A DNA stretch of 64,000 bases from Minisyncoccota bacterium (lineage in GTDB: Bacteria > Patescibacteriota > Minisyncoccia > JAHIHE01 > JAGLIN01): positions 63,980 to 127,979 of the forward strand of contig JBAZUT010000004.1 in the NCBI GenBank assembly GCA_041661265.1, written 5' to 3'. The position numbers and the translations under genes are program-made. Positions 19,033 to 29,194 of the stretch are shown piece after piece. The notes below the pieces were generated by a model. That model was not told where the DNA came from and made no database searches. It worked only from the letters and a program-made list of their open reading frames with translations. Every line of letters begins with the position of its first letter. Positions within the stretch are counted from its first letter, which is position 1.

Positions 19033-21093
19033 ATGGGTCCGATAAAAATAGAAAACGACAATAGAGGTTATATCGCGCTGATCACGGTCGCTCTCATGAC
19101 GGGACTTATTTTGATCATTGTCATGGCTTTGACGAACATCGTGATCTCCAAAAGAAATATAAGCAAAAATATCGTATTTTCCGCACAATCTTTTTATTCT
19201 GCGGAATCCGGGCTGGAAGACGCTATATATAGGGAAATGACGCCCTATGATTCGCCTTCAGGTACGCTGACCCTGGACGGGGCTTCTATTGATCAGACCA
19301 GAAATTCGAGTGGTGATACGATCACGATCGAGTCTATTTCCGATTTTTCAAACAACACAAGAAAAATGACGGCAAAGCTCAAGGTTGCCGTTACGACAAA
19401 TGTTAAATTTCGCTATGGCGTGCAGGTGGGTGCGGGCGGATTGTTCATGCATCAAGGTTCCACTATCACGGGTAACTTGTATTCTGATGGCTCCGTGGAA
19501 AAGGGAAGCGGAAGCGCAGCCACGATCACCGGAGATGTTTTCGTCGCCACGGGCATAGAGTTGGACGGATCAGCAGGTAATTGGACTGGACAGACAACTG
19601 ACAAGAATTTTGGACTTAAACAACCTCCTAACACAGAAACCACTGATATCGCAATGCGCTATGTTCCCGAATTTCCTCCGGTGGCGATCTCAGGCGGCGG
19701 GGGATCGGGTGCCAAGGCTACTGCAATTGTCAGCGGAGGTGCGATAGCGTCGATTACTATCACCGCAGGCGGTACAGGATACACATCCCCTCCTGTGATA
19801 TCGATCGGCGGCGGATCGGGAGCGGTTTTTTCCGCTCCGACCATAAGCGGAGGTGCTTTGCAAAATGATATTACAGTCAGTGCGGGCGGAAGCGGATATA
19901 GTTCAACCAGCGGAAATTTATCGCAAGTTTCTTTCTATTTGAAAAGGACGAATACCGAACCGACCGACGGAATGATATATGTCACAGAGGATAATGGCAG
20001 CGGTTCTCCCATGACATCAGCGATCTCAGGCGGCAGTACGCAACTTATAGCTGAGAATATCGGTACCAGTTATAGCTGGGTCAGTTACAGCTTTGCCACG
20101 CCGCCGCTCCTGACAGCTGGATCTACTTATTGGATCGTGATAGATGCGCCTTCTTCAAGTTCGGCTACTAAATATTATTCTGTCGGAAGGTCGGCTGCCA
20201 ATTCGGATATTTCCAAATATAGCGCTCCAAATTGGACCAGTCCCTCCTGGACAACTGATACGGGCCAGGGATATGCATATAAAGCGTGGATCGGAGGGAA
20301 TCCGACTCATATTGATGGCATAACTGTGGGCGGAAACGCTAAAGCCAACACGATACTTAATAGTATTATCGCGGGAGACGCTTATTATAAAACGATAGAT
20401 GACGATACTACGGTCCGTGGATCCCAGTGCCTTAATGCATATTGCCATCCTGGCAGCGAGGATCCTCCTTTTGAAGCCTTGCCTGTTTCTGATGGTAATA
20501 TTACCGATTGGAAAGCGGATGCTTTGGCAGGAGGAACTTTTTCCGATGCGGCTCATTGCAATCCATCTGATGGCGCTGTGATTGGTCCGGCGGTTCTGGA
20601 TTGCGACCTTGTAATTTCTACGGGAAATACTGTGACTTTGGGTGGTACGATCTGGGTGAAGGGTAATATCACCTTCGATGGCAATTTGCAGCTGGATGGC
20701 GGATATGGGACGAAGAGCGGGCTTGTAATTGCCGATTCCACAGATCCTGCCAAGGGAATGATAGATGTCAGCGGTTATGTCTGCGGTTCGCAGGGATATA
20801 ATGGTTCAAATTGCGGCACCTCCAATGATACATATATCATGATGCTGTCAACTCATCCGGGAACCGCCGATAATGCAATTTATGGAGGCGCTCATAGCGA
20901 CGCTTCCGTATATTATGCTACCAATGGCAAGGTAACGATCAAAAATCAGGGTGATGTAAAAGAGGTGACCGGCTACATGCTGGAAATATTACAGAATGCC
21001 AACGTTAGCTATCAGACCGGACTCGCTAATGCCGATTTTACTTCCGGTCCCGGTGGAGGGTGGAGCATAAGCGGATGGAACGAAATTGAATAA
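19033..21093 (+). CDS. Large PilX_N-domain pilus-associated protein (candidate tip or minor pilin with C-terminal extension and Gly-rich repeats).
   Basis: N-terminal hydrophobic anchor plus [17 protein letters not shown] (PilX N-terminal-like motif, compare 35359..35778). Internal about 27-aa repeats [23 protein letters not shown] / [23 protein letters not shown]. 686 aa. Confidence 0.7.
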   Translation: MGPIKIENDNRGYIALITVALMTGLILIIVMALTNIVISKRNISKNIVFSAQSFYSAESGLEDAIYREMTPYDSPSGTLTLDGASIDQTRNSSGDTITIESISDFSNNTRKMTAKLKVAVTTNVKFRYGVQVGAGGLFMHQGSTITGNLYSDGSVEKGSGSAATITGDVFVATGIELDGSAGNWTGQTTDKNFGLKQPPNTETTDIAMRYVPEFPPVAISGGGGSGAKATAIVSGGAIASITITAGGTGYTSPPVISIGGGSGAVFSAPTISGGALQNDITVSAGGSGYSSTSGNLSQVSFYLKRTNTEPTDGMIYVTEDNGSGSPMTSAISGGSTQLIAENIGTSYSWVSYSFATPPLLTAGSTYWIVIDAPSSSSATKYYSVGRSAANSDISKYSAPNWTSPSWTTDTGQGYAYKAWIGGNPTHIDGITVGGNAKANTILNSIIAGDAYYKTIDDDTTVRGSQCLNAYCHPGSEDPPFEALPVSDGNITDWKADALAGGTFSDAAHCNPSDGAVIGPAVLDCDLVISTGNTVTLGGTIWVKGNITFDGNLQLDGGYGTKSGLVIADSTDPAKGMIDVSGYVCGSQGYNGSNCGTSNDTYIMMLSTHPGTADNAIYGGAHSDASVYYATNGKVTIKNQGDVKEVTGYMLEILQNANVSYQTGLANADFTSGPGGGWSISGWNEIE

Positions 21094-21330
21094 TGTGTTA
21101 TAATAATATTGTATCTGTGAGAAGAAATATGTATCAATAGATTATCGAATTGAGCTGAGGGTAAACTATTGTTACATAATTCAAAAATCAAAAAAGTTGA
21201 TTTTAGAGATTTTTAAATTTTGAATTGTAATTTTGAATTTTTAGTTTTGCATCTTTAATTTTCGCCGCAGACCAGCATTGAACCGCTGTATGCTTGATTT
21301 CGTAATGCGATGATAATTACACTAGAATAA

Positions 21331-22401
21331 ATGATCATGTCAATCTTCAACGACAACATAGCGGCTTTTGGAATGGATCTCAGCGACAGATCCGTCAAGG
21401 TGGCCCAGCTTGGCAAAAAGAACGGGAAAGTGCATCTTTTGTCTTTCGCGCGCAAAGATATTCCCAAGGGGTGGATCGAAGATGGGGAAATAAAGAAAGA
21501 GGATGAGGTTATTGACCTCGTCAAGAAGACCATGAGGGAGGCGAAACCGAGATCTATCAGTTCAAAATACGTGGTTTATTCGATTCCCGAAACAAAAGGA
21601 TTTATCAGGGTGATCAAGATTCCAAAGATAGAAGGAGATAATCTGGAGGAGGCTGTGAAATATGAAGCGGAGCAGTTATTTCCGATTGATATCAGCGAGT
21701 CGTATATCGATTGGCAGGTTCTGTCCGGAGAGGATGGTAAGGTCCTTGAGGTGCTGGTTGCCGCGGTTCCGATGAAGCTGGTGGATTCATATTCTTCGAT
21801 GCTGAGAAAAGCGGGTCTGATGCCGATCACTGCAGAGATCGAGTCTATAGCTATTTCCAGAAGCTTGATAAACGACAGACAGTCGGCGAGGCCGATATTG
21901 ATAATCGATCTTGGCAAGGACAGGACAAGCTTCATAATCTATAAGAATCCTACGGTACAATTCACTGCCAGTATTCCGGTATGCGGGAATGAATTCAATA
22001 AAGCCATATCTGAAACGCTGAACATGAGCGATAATGATGCGGAGGTGTTGAAAAGAAAGTGCGGCCTCAGCGCCAAAGGGGAATGCAAAGATCTGTATAG
22101 GGCGATACAGCCGTCTCTTCATGAAATGATCAAATATATAAACAAACTTTCGGATTATTACAAAGAGCATTACAAGGAAGAGTCAGATATCGCCAAAGTG
22201 ATCATATGCGGCGGAGAGGCGAGGATCCTGGGCATAAGTTCTTTTTTGTCGCTCCGGATAAAAAAAGAAGTGGAAAAGGGAAATCCGTGGGTGAATATAG
22301 TCTTATCTTCGGAAAAAGAGATCCCTCCGATCTCCAGGAACGATTCGCTCATTTTTGTTACGGTGTTGGGTCTTGCAATCAGAGGCATAAGCGAATCATA
22401 A
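21331..22401 (+). CDS. pilM: Type IV pilus assembly protein PilM (actin-like ATPase fold).
   Basis: 356 aa. FGMDLSDRSVKVAQL N-terminal acetate/sugar-kinase-like fold, ...IIDLGKDRTSFII..., C-terminal VIICGGEA. Confidence 0.88.
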   Translation: MIMSIFNDNIAAFGMDLSDRSVKVAQLGKKNGKVHLLSFARKDIPKGWIEDGEIKKEDEVIDLVKKTMREAKPRSISSKYVVYSIPETKGFIRVIKIPKIEGDNLEEAVKYEAEQLFPIDISESYIDWQVLSGEDGKVLEVLVAAVPMKLVDSYSSMLRKAGLMPITAEIESIAISRSLINDRQSARPILIIDLGKDRTSFIIYKNPTVQFTASIPVCGNEFNKAISETLNMSDNDAEVLKRKCGLSAKGECKDLYRAIQPSLHEMIKYINKLSDYYKEHYKEESDIAKVIICGGEARILGISSFLSLRIKKEVEKGNPWVNIVLSSEKEIPPISRNDSLIFVTVLGLAIRGISES

Positions 22402-22417
22402 ACATGATAATCGGAAT

Positions 22418-23053
22418 ATGATAAAAATAAATCTTGTATCAAAAGAGGACAAAGAAAGCCTGAAATGGGAGAAGATCAACAGGATCGCTGTTTCGTATGG
22501 CCTGAAAGTTGTTATTATCCAGGCATTTTTTGCAATTTCCTTGGCGGCTACGATGGTATATTTGAATTATGAAAGAGATATGGCGAAGAATCAGCTCACA
22601 ATGATTGAATCGACAAAGGAGACTCTTGAGATCAAGGAGATGGAGGACAGTTTGAAGAAATATGAAAAAAATCTTAAAGTTGTGACAAATATTCATCAGA
22701 ATCATATCAGATGGACTGATGTCATAGATGCGTTCTCTTTTCTTGTTTCAAAAGGTATAAAAATAAGCAGTATCAGGTTCAGGCCGTACGAACAAGAAGT
22801 GGCTGGAATAAGCAATAAGGCGAAAACTAAAGTGGTTGTTGACAAAGGCAGATATATTTTTGAAGTTACAGGCGAGGCTTTGAAAAGGGAAGATCTTGTC
22901 GTGTTTGAAAATCAATTGAACGAAACTAAAGTGTTTAATATTTTAGAAACAGGAGATCCGGCATATAATAAATATGTTAATTCGGAAAATATTGGTTTTA
23001 AGTTCAATTTTGAAGTTGCACGTGAAGATCTTGCTAAAATATCGGGGGAATAA
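22418..23053 (+). CDS. pilN: PilN-like bitopic pilus alignment protein.
   Basis: 211 aa. Short cytoplasmic N-terminus that could bind PilM, single TM, periplasmic coiled coil; directly follows pilM. Confidence 0.7.
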   Translation: MIKINLVSKEDKESLKWEKINRIAVSYGLKVVIIQAFFAISLAATMVYLNYERDMAKNQLTMIESTKETLEIKEMEDSLKKYEKNLKVVTNIHQNHIRWTDVIDAFSFLVSKGIKISSIRFRPYEQEVAGISNKAKTKVVVDKGRYIFEVTGEALKREDLVVFENQLNETKVFNILETGDPAYNKYVNSENIGFKFNFEVAREDLAKISGE

Positions 23054-23060
23054 ATATTTT

Positions 23061-23615
23061 ATGAACAAAAAAAAACAAAAAACATATATCAATATTGCGA
23101 TCCTTATTCTTGTTGCAGGCGGTATGTTCTATTTTATGAGTCAATACCTGTTGGCTTATATCGGAAACATGAGCAATGAGGTGGTTGTTGCGAAAAAGAA
23201 TACTGTGCTGATAACCGAACGGAATAAAAAGATCGATGAGGTCCGGCGCAACTATAATAACATCGAAAAAGAGATCGGTGTGATCTCGGATACTTTTGTG
23301 AAAAAGGATTATCAGAAAGTCGGAGAGATGTTCATGGAGTTGGAAGAAATAGCCCGGATGAATAATATTGTACTTATAAAAAATCCGGCGCAAAAACCTG
23401 AGGAAAAGATGGGAAACAGTATTTCAGCGGCATATTTCACTATGTCCTCGAATGGCGGATTTGACGACATGATGAGGTTCTTGCTTTATCTGGATAATTT
23501 CAGGTATTATATAGATCTGAATAATATTCAAATGTCTGGTACGGGCGAAGATCAAAACGGTATCACCCAGGTGGTAATGAACGCGGAGCTTCAGGTCTAT
23601 CTTGACAGTAAATAG
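23061..23615 (+). CDS. pilO: PilO-like bitopic pilus alignment protein.
   Basis: Start chosen at MNKKKQK (23061) rather than the overlapping 22974 start. Single TM, coiled coil, C-terminal ferredoxin-like region; follows pilN. Confidence 0.7.
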   Translation: MNKKKQKTYINIAILILVAGGMFYFMSQYLLAYIGNMSNEVVVAKKNTVLITERNKKIDEVRRNYNNIEKEIGVISDTFVKKDYQKVGEMFMELEEIARMNNIVLIKNPAQKPEEKMGNSISAAYFTMSSNGGFDDMMRFLLYLDNFRYYIDLNNIQMSGTGEDQNGITQVVMNAELQVYLDSK

Positions 23616-23623
23616 GAACAAAT

Positions 23624-24088
23624 ATGAAAAAAATCGAAATAAATTCGAGAACCTTGAATAAAATGGCGCTTTGGATAGTCGCAAAAAGAGGTGTTTTTTT
23701 GATCGTTTTTTTTGGCGCTCTTTTGATATATAGTTTCGATGTGATCTATAAAAATGCATATATCAAATTGGAATACATCGATTATTCGAATAGCGCGGTT
23801 ATCTTTGATGGAAGGAAAGAAAGCGCTGTGATCACAAAGATCACTGATAGTTTGCGGGAAAAAGATGCCATTATAAACAAAGCTTTAGATAAAGAGTATA
23901 AAGATATTTTCGTATATGAGGTTATTCAGAAAGCGGAGAATTCCGTGCCTCTGGAAACAGAATATAGCACAGAACGCCCTGTTTCCGAGAACGCGGATGG
24001 CTCAGCCGCAGGCGTGGGCGCAGCAGAGGGGGGCAATGCGGGAAGTCCGATAGATCCCGGCATAATAGTGGATGAAACGGTCAAATAG
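23624..24088 (+). CDS. Small bitopic membrane protein at the end of T4P cluster 1 (PilP-like position).
   Basis: 154 aa. N-terminal TM (LIVFFGALLIYSF); C-terminal low-complexity acidic/Gly tail. Family not recognised. Confidence 0.5.
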   Translation: MKKIEINSRTLNKMALWIVAKRGVFLIVFFGALLIYSFDVIYKNAYIKLEYIDYSNSAVIFDGRKESAVITKITDSLREKDAIINKALDKEYKDIFVYEVIQKAENSVPLETEYSTERPVSENADGSAAGVGAAEGGNAGSPIDPGIIVDETVK

Positions 24089-24166
24089 TACGACAGTGCC
24101 ATCCGATCAAATTATCATTGACTTTGAAATGATTTCCTGCTAGCATTCAAAGGAGATTATTTTTAT

Positions 24167-24238
24167 GTCCCCGTAGTTCAATGGATAGAACGGGAGCCTT
24201 CTAAGCTCTAGATGTAGGTTCGATTCCTACCGGGGATA
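24167..24238 (+). tRNA. tRNA-Arg (anticodon TCT).
   Basis: Cloverleaf read directly: acceptor GTCCCCG/CGGGGAT (one G-U pair), D-arm GTTC-aatggata-GAAC, anticodon stem GGAGC/GCTCT with loop cTTCTaa, T-arm GTAGG-ttcgatt-CCTAC, discriminator A; no encoded CCA. Confidence 0.85.
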
Positions 24239-24417
24239 CATAGAAAGTTAAAAATGCAAAGATCAAATATCAAAAATTTGGAATACGGTACATTTCAAAT
24301 GGGAGAAACCTTGACCTGTTTATTTGCCAAGAGGCGGATTTAGCGAGATGAGGAAAACGCGTGTCCGCCCACTGGCGGAGGATTCTTTCGAAAATGGAAG
24401 CATGATGCTGAAAAAAA

Positions 24418-24441
24418 GCGCAAAATTTTGCGGCTTTTTTT
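24418..24441 (+). terminator. Candidate rho-independent terminator (GCGCAAAA/TTTTGCGG hairpin plus T7 run).
   Basis: About 180 nt downstream of tRNA-Arg; short GC stem plus AT extension followed by ttttttt. Confidence 0.45.
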
Positions 24442-24453
24442 GATTTTAGGGAC

Positions 24454-24482
24454 TTGCGATAACGCGTTTTTTGTGGTATAAT
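24454..24482 (+). promoter_or_regulatory. Sigma70-like promoter with extended -10 (TTGCGA, 17-nt spacer, TGgTATAAT).
   Basis: tgtggtataat at 24472-24482, about 28 nt upstream of the preferred ATG (24510) of the HAMP protein gene. Confidence 0.45.
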
Positions 24483-24509
24483 TATCACATAAGCTGCTAT
24501 TCATCAAAG

Positions 24510-26036
24510 ATGGAAGCCCAAAACAAAGAAAAAACCGCAAGGCATCAAAATAAAATAAAATTCAGTTTCGGAAACCTGAAGATCAGAAATAAGATAATTT
24601 TTGGTTTTTTTATTGTATCGATAATATCCGGACTGGCCAATTATTACAGCAATTCTTTCATAGTCAATGAGTTCAGGGCGGTGAACAATACTATGCACAT
24701 GTTTCATAACATATTTGCATTGCAAAAGAAGTTGGAGATAATGGTGGAGGGATATGTTTCGTCGGAAACGAAAGAAAGCATACCGGATTCTGAATTTCAG
24801 GATATATATATGGAAATTGAGAAAGAATTCGGTGATTTTATGTCTTCCGGAGGTTCGTTTCTGAACGAAGACCTGACTGCAAGGTACACGAGTGAAAGCG
24901 CATCTTTCTTTGAAAAAGAATCGGATGTGGTAGAGGTTCATAAGCGGGAGATAGCAGCCAGAATTTCAATGATCCGGCTTCAGGCGGAAGAAAAAGAAAA
25001 AAGATATGTGATCAGGAGATACGTGGAGGATCTGGGTGACGGCGATATGTATACCGCATTTTTGTATTCCGAATACGTAAGTAAGGAAATGTTGTATCAG
25101 TATAAAGATACCGAACATGCAAAGCGATGGATCGAGGCTTTGGATAAAGTGAAAGAAGCCGCAGCTCAGAGGTTGATCGACATACCCGGATTTGATGATT
25201 ATCGTGATATAGCGCTCAAGACCTCGGAAGCGGTCGTGTTGCTTGAATCGATCGCCCGGGAAGAGCAAAAAAAATTAGATGATTTCAGATTTTCCATTGA
25301 AGGCTTGAACGACATACAGGACGAGCTCTCCAAAGAGCTCACAAACCAGAACCTGTCGGAGATCAACACGATCGTACTTATGGGAGTTTTTGTATTTATT
25401 TTCATATTGGTTTTTTTCACCGTGCTATTCGGATATATACTGTCGAGTTTTGTTTCAAGGCCTATCAGGGAACTGTCCGAATTCGCATTGATGGCCGCGA
25501 AAGGTAATTTCAAGCGAAGGATAGGCGTGGATACGCACGATGAGATCGGACAAGTGGCGGAAGCATTCAATTTAATGCTCGATAAGGTTGAAGAGTCAAC
25601 GCAGGTGCTCGAAGTGAAGGTTGATGCGAGAACAAAGCGGCTTGAGGAACTGTCCAGGAATCTTGAAGCTCAAATAGACAGCAAAACCAAAGAATTGAAT
25701 GAAAAAATAAATGAACTGGAAAGGTTTAATGACCTAGCGGTCGGGCGGGAACTCCGTATGATCGAACTTAAAAGGGAAATGGAAATAATAAGGCAGGGAA
25801 AGGGATCGGAAAAGGAAAAAAAGAAAGGTGCGGAAGTTTCAGGCGACAAAATAATGAATTGCTGGGATTTTTGGAAATGCGGGAAAGAAGTTCGTGAAAA
25901 ATGCCCGGCATATACAACGAAATCAGGAAGGGAATGCTGGCTAGTTTCGGCCGGAAAGTGTCCGCGTTCAAAAGAAAGGGGATTTGAGGATTGCAAAGAT
26001 TGCGGATGGTATAAGAAAATAAATAATATCGGTTGA
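24510..26036 (+). CDS. Membrane signal-transduction protein: N-terminal TM, sensor region, TM, HAMP domain, long coiled coil, C-terminal Cys/Trp-rich module (7 Cys); no catalytic output domain.
   Basis: HAMP signature RPIRELSEFALMAAKGNFKRRIGVDTHDEIGQVAEAFNLMLDKV; coiled coil VLEVKVDARTKRLEELSRNLEAQI...; tail CWDFWKCG...C...CWLVSAGKC...CKDCGWY. Start moved to ATG 24510 (the 24471 ORF start lies inside the putative promoter). Confidence 0.75.
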   Translation: MEAQNKEKTARHQNKIKFSFGNLKIRNKIIFGFFIVSIISGLANYYSNSFIVNEFRAVNNTMHMFHNIFALQKKLEIMVEGYVSSETKESIPDSEFQDIYMEIEKEFGDFMSSGGSFLNEDLTARYTSESASFFEKESDVVEVHKREIAARISMIRLQAEEKEKRYVIRRYVEDLGDGDMYTAFLYSEYVSKEMLYQYKDTEHAKRWIEALDKVKEAAAQRLIDIPGFDDYRDIALKTSEAVVLLESIAREEQKKLDDFRFSIEGLNDIQDELSKELTNQNLSEINTIVLMGVFVFIFILVFFTVLFGYILSSFVSRPIRELSEFALMAAKGNFKRRIGVDTHDEIGQVAEAFNLMLDKVEESTQVLEVKVDARTKRLEELSRNLEAQIDSKTKELNEKINELERFNDLAVGRELRMIELKREMEIIRQGKGSEKEKKKGAEVSGDKIMNCWDFWKCGKEVREKCPAYTTKSGRECWLVSAGKCPRSKERGFEDCKDCGWYKKINNIG

Positions 26037-26062
26037 TAAATATTAATTAATAACAAATAAAT

Positions 26063-27241
26063 ATGGGAATAAAAGCTGGAGTCGGGGTCAGTCTGAAGAC
26101 TGATTCAAAACAAGCCGGGATCGAGGCGTGCAATAATGCGTTAAATGGCGCATCTGATCCGGGATTGATGATCGTTTTTTGTTCCGTGAAGCATAATCAG
26201 GAGGAAGTTGTAGCGGGAGTGCGGGAGGTTAGCGGAAAGACTCCTCTTATTGGGTGCAGCAGCGCGGGCGAGATCACGAACGAAGGCGTATATGACGGCA
26301 GTGTTGCGGTTATGGCCATAGAATCCGACCAAATGAAGGTTGTTCTTGCGTCCGGCGGAGAGGTGAAACCGGGAGCCAGGCAAGCCGGAGCCAAACTTGC
26401 GGAAAATCTGAAAAGCCAGTATTTTTTTGACAGCAAATATGTTTTATTTCTCACTGACGTTTTGACCGGGAACGGAGCCGATGTTGTAAGGGGTATGAAA
26501 GACGTTCTCGGAAAAGATTATTTCATTGTCGGAGGAGCCGCAGGAGATGATTTTCTTTTTAAGGAAACGTATCAATATCTTAATGATAAGGTCTTAAGAT
26601 CTTCAGTGGTTGGGGCCGGAATATCGGGGAATACCGCGGTTGGTGTCGGTGTCAGGCATGGATGGTCGCCGATCGGCATTCCAATGAAAGTTACGAAATC
26701 AAAAGGAGCGGTACTCGAAGAATTGGATGGAAAACCGGCGCTTTCAATATATGAAGATTATTTCGGAAAAAAAGCGGAAGAGATCAAGAAAGAACCTTTG
26801 GCCAGGATGGCTATCACATATCCTTTGGGCATGGACGTTGAGGGAAATTCGGAACTTCTGATCAGGGATCCGATCACGGTGGATGAAAAGGGAGCTATAA
26901 CTTGCGCCGCGGAAATACCGCAAGGGTCCGAGATCAGGCTTATGATAGGGAGCAAAGAGGATGCAATAAAAGCCGCAAAAGATGCTGCGATGCAGGCCAA
27001 AGAACAGCTGAAGGGAAAAGAGGCGAAGGCTGTTGTTATTTTTGATTGCATCGCGCGCAAGAAGCTTTTTGGAAAAGATGCTTTTGACGAGATCAAGGCT
27101 ATAAAAAGCGTTTTGGGGGAAAATGTTCCGATATTGGGATTCTATACGTATGGAGAGATCGCTCCTCTCGGAGGAGATGTCTCCAGCTGCAATTCAAGTT
27201 TCCACAATGAAACTTCGGTTATTCTGGCCCTTGGAGAGTAG
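26063..27241 (+). CDS. Stand-alone FIST-domain protein (FIST_N plus FIST_C sensor).
   Basis: 392 aa. Gly-rich segments GCSSAGEI, VGGAAGDDF, GFYTYGEIAP typical of FIST N/C domains; no fused output. Confidence 0.7.
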   Translation: MGIKAGVGVSLKTDSKQAGIEACNNALNGASDPGLMIVFCSVKHNQEEVVAGVREVSGKTPLIGCSSAGEITNEGVYDGSVAVMAIESDQMKVVLASGGEVKPGARQAGAKLAENLKSQYFFDSKYVLFLTDVLTGNGADVVRGMKDVLGKDYFIVGGAAGDDFLFKETYQYLNDKVLRSSVVGAGISGNTAVGVGVRHGWSPIGIPMKVTKSKGAVLEELDGKPALSIYEDYFGKKAEEIKKEPLARMAITYPLGMDVEGNSELLIRDPITVDEKGAITCAAEIPQGSEIRLMIGSKEDAIKAAKDAAMQAKEQLKGKEAKAVVIFDCIARKKLFGKDAFDEIKAIKSVLGENVPILGFYTYGEIAPLGGDVSSCNSSFHNETSVILALGE

Positions 27242-27288
27242 CGACCTTTCCGGCCCCCGGTTTTGTTTGACTAAGTTCATATATTATT

Positions 27289-28701
27289 ATGCCCGAAAAG
27301 TATCTGCAAAAAAAACAATCGGATGAGAAGAATTATGAAAACCTGCTTATTGAAATGGATAAGACGGCTAAGCTTTTGGTCAGGCGCGATCTTGAATTGA
27401 ACAGGGTCAATGCAGAGCTTGATGAAACGATCTATCAGCTCAAAGAAGATGAGAAAAAATTGAAAGAAATGAATGAGGTCTTGGAGATCAGGCTTAATGC
27501 AAGAACGAAGGAGCTGAGGGAAAACATCCTGTCTCTCGACGGCCAGGTAAAAGAAAGGACGAGGAAGCTTGAAAACTCGAAGATCGCGCTTATGAACATA
27601 CTTGAAGATTTCAGGAGGCAAAAAATATTGACGGAAGACGAGCAGAAGAAGAATCTCGCGATCATCAACAATTTCCCGGATGGGCTGCTGATATTCGATA
27701 ATCACAACAAGCTGTCGATCATAAACAAAAAAGCGAAGGAATATCTTGGAATTTCCCAGCTCGATTATATCTATCATGAATCATGGGACGTTGAAAATGT
27801 GCTTGAATTCAAGAGCCTTATGAAAGTGATCGGCAGCGACATAAAGATCGTTTTTAAGGAAGAACTTGATATGGGCCCTGAGCTTATTCTCGAGGTTTCG
27901 GTTCAGGAATATTCGGAGATGAGCATGAGGTATGGAAAATTCGTCATTCTTCACGACATCACAAGGGAAAAAAAGGTCCAGTCGCTGAAAAGCGAATTTG
28001 TTTCAATAGCTGCGCATCAGCTGAGGACCCCGCTTTCCGCCATAAAGTGGACGCTGACCTCGCTTCTGGATGGAGATTTCGGAGCTCTCAGCGATGATCA
28101 GAGAAAATATCTCGGAAAAACCAATTTATCCAACGAAAGGATGATAAATCTGGTTGACGACCTATTGAATCTTTCGAGGATCGAAGAGGGCAGATATATA
28201 TACAAAACGTCCGTTGCTTCCATATATGACCTGCTAAATACGGTCCTGAAAGCGGTTGAACTTAAAGCGAACGAAAAAAAGATCAAATTAAGCACCAGTA
28301 TCGACAAACATCTTCCTGATCTGACGATCGATGAGGAAAAGATAAAACTGGTGATGCAGAATCTGGTCGAAAATGCGATAAACTACAGCCGCCGGGAAAG
28401 TTCCGTAAAGATTGAGGTTACTGATGATATAAATAAGAACGAAGTGATATTTTCCATAAAAGACAGCGGCATAGGGATACCGGAAGACCAAAGAGAAAGG
28501 ATCTTTACGAAATTCTTCAGAGCGGAAAATGCGGTAAGGGCGGAAACCGTAGGGTCGGGACTGGGGCTTTTTATTGATAAAAATATCATTGAAGCCCATA
28601 AAGGGCGAATATGGTTTGAATCGGAATTGGATAAGGGTTCGACGTTCTATTTCACCATACCTTATGCCAAAAAGGATGAGCAGTTTTTCGGTAAATTCTA
28701 G
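27289..28701 (+). CDS. Cytoplasmic sensor histidine kinase (coiled coil, PAS, HisKA, HATPase_c).
   Basis: No TM. Coiled coil VLEIRLNARTKELRENILSL... closely resembles that of the 24510 protein. PAS-like region then H-box SIAAHQLRTPLSAIKW, N-box NAINYS, G-box GSGLGLFI. Confidence 0.88.
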   Translation: MPEKYLQKKQSDEKNYENLLIEMDKTAKLLVRRDLELNRVNAELDETIYQLKEDEKKLKEMNEVLEIRLNARTKELRENILSLDGQVKERTRKLENSKIALMNILEDFRRQKILTEDEQKKNLAIINNFPDGLLIFDNHNKLSIINKKAKEYLGISQLDYIYHESWDVENVLEFKSLMKVIGSDIKIVFKEELDMGPELILEVSVQEYSEMSMRYGKFVILHDITREKKVQSLKSEFVSIAAHQLRTPLSAIKWTLTSLLDGDFGALSDDQRKYLGKTNLSNERMINLVDDLLNLSRIEEGRYIYKTSVASIYDLLNTVLKAVELKANEKKIKLSTSIDKHLPDLTIDEEKIKLVMQNLVENAINYSRRESSVKIEVTDDINKNEVIFSIKDSGIGIPEDQRERIFTKFFRAENAVRAETVGSGLGLFIDKNIIEAHKGRIWFESELDKGSTFYFTIPYAKKDEQFFGKF

Positions 28702-28793
28702 TGATGTTTTTTGGGCATTCTGAGTATAACCGAATTTGTAAGAATAAATTAAAAACTGTATAATATGAATAGTTAACAAATAAGTGCACAAAT

Positions 28794-29174
28794 ATGGCAA
28801 AGAAAATAATGCTTATAGAAGATGAAGAAATATTGTCGGGTCTTCTCAGGCGAAAACTTGAAGAAAATGGATATGAGGTTATAGTCGCATTTGACGGGGA
28901 GGAAGGCATCGAGATAATGAAAAAACAGAGGCCGGACCTGGTATTATTGGATATAGTTATGCCGAAAATGGGAGGATTTGAGGTGATGGAAGAAATGAAC
29001 AAGATACCCGAGTTGAACCTAAAAGATCTCCCTGTCATAATCGTTTCGAATTCAGGCCAGCCCGTGGAGATCGGAAAGGCGCAAGAATTGGGAATAAGGG
29101 ACTATCTGATAAAGACGCAATTCGATCCGCAGGAGGTTGTTGACAAGGTTAAAAAATATTGCCTGAACGAGTAA
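28794..29174 (+). CDS. Single-domain response regulator (CheY-like receiver).
   Basis: 126 aa. IEDEE, LVLLDIVMPKMGG, IIVSNSG, DYLIK. Confidence 0.88.
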   Translation: MAKKIMLIEDEEILSGLLRRKLEENGYEVIVAFDGEEGIEIMKKQRPDLVLLDIVMPKMGGFEVMEEMNKIPELNLKDLPVIIVSNSGQPVEIGKAQELGIRDYLIKTQFDPQEVVDKVKKYCLNE

Positions 29175-29194
29175 TTCACTATTAAAATAAAAAT

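Noticed and set aside
22974-23060. Longer N-terminal extension of pilO-1 (ORF-track start 22974) and of the HAMP protein (start 24471).
   Set aside because: The extensions overlap the preceding gene or a putative promoter and encode non-conserved residues. Internal ATGs (23061, 24510) giving a charged leader followed by a TM are more consistent with the family topology.
24270-24540. Small - strand ORFs (72 and 66 aa) between tRNA-Arg and the HAMP gene.
   Set aside because: They overlap the putative terminator/promoter region, have no RBS or promoter context and have arbitrary composition. They are likely non-coding.
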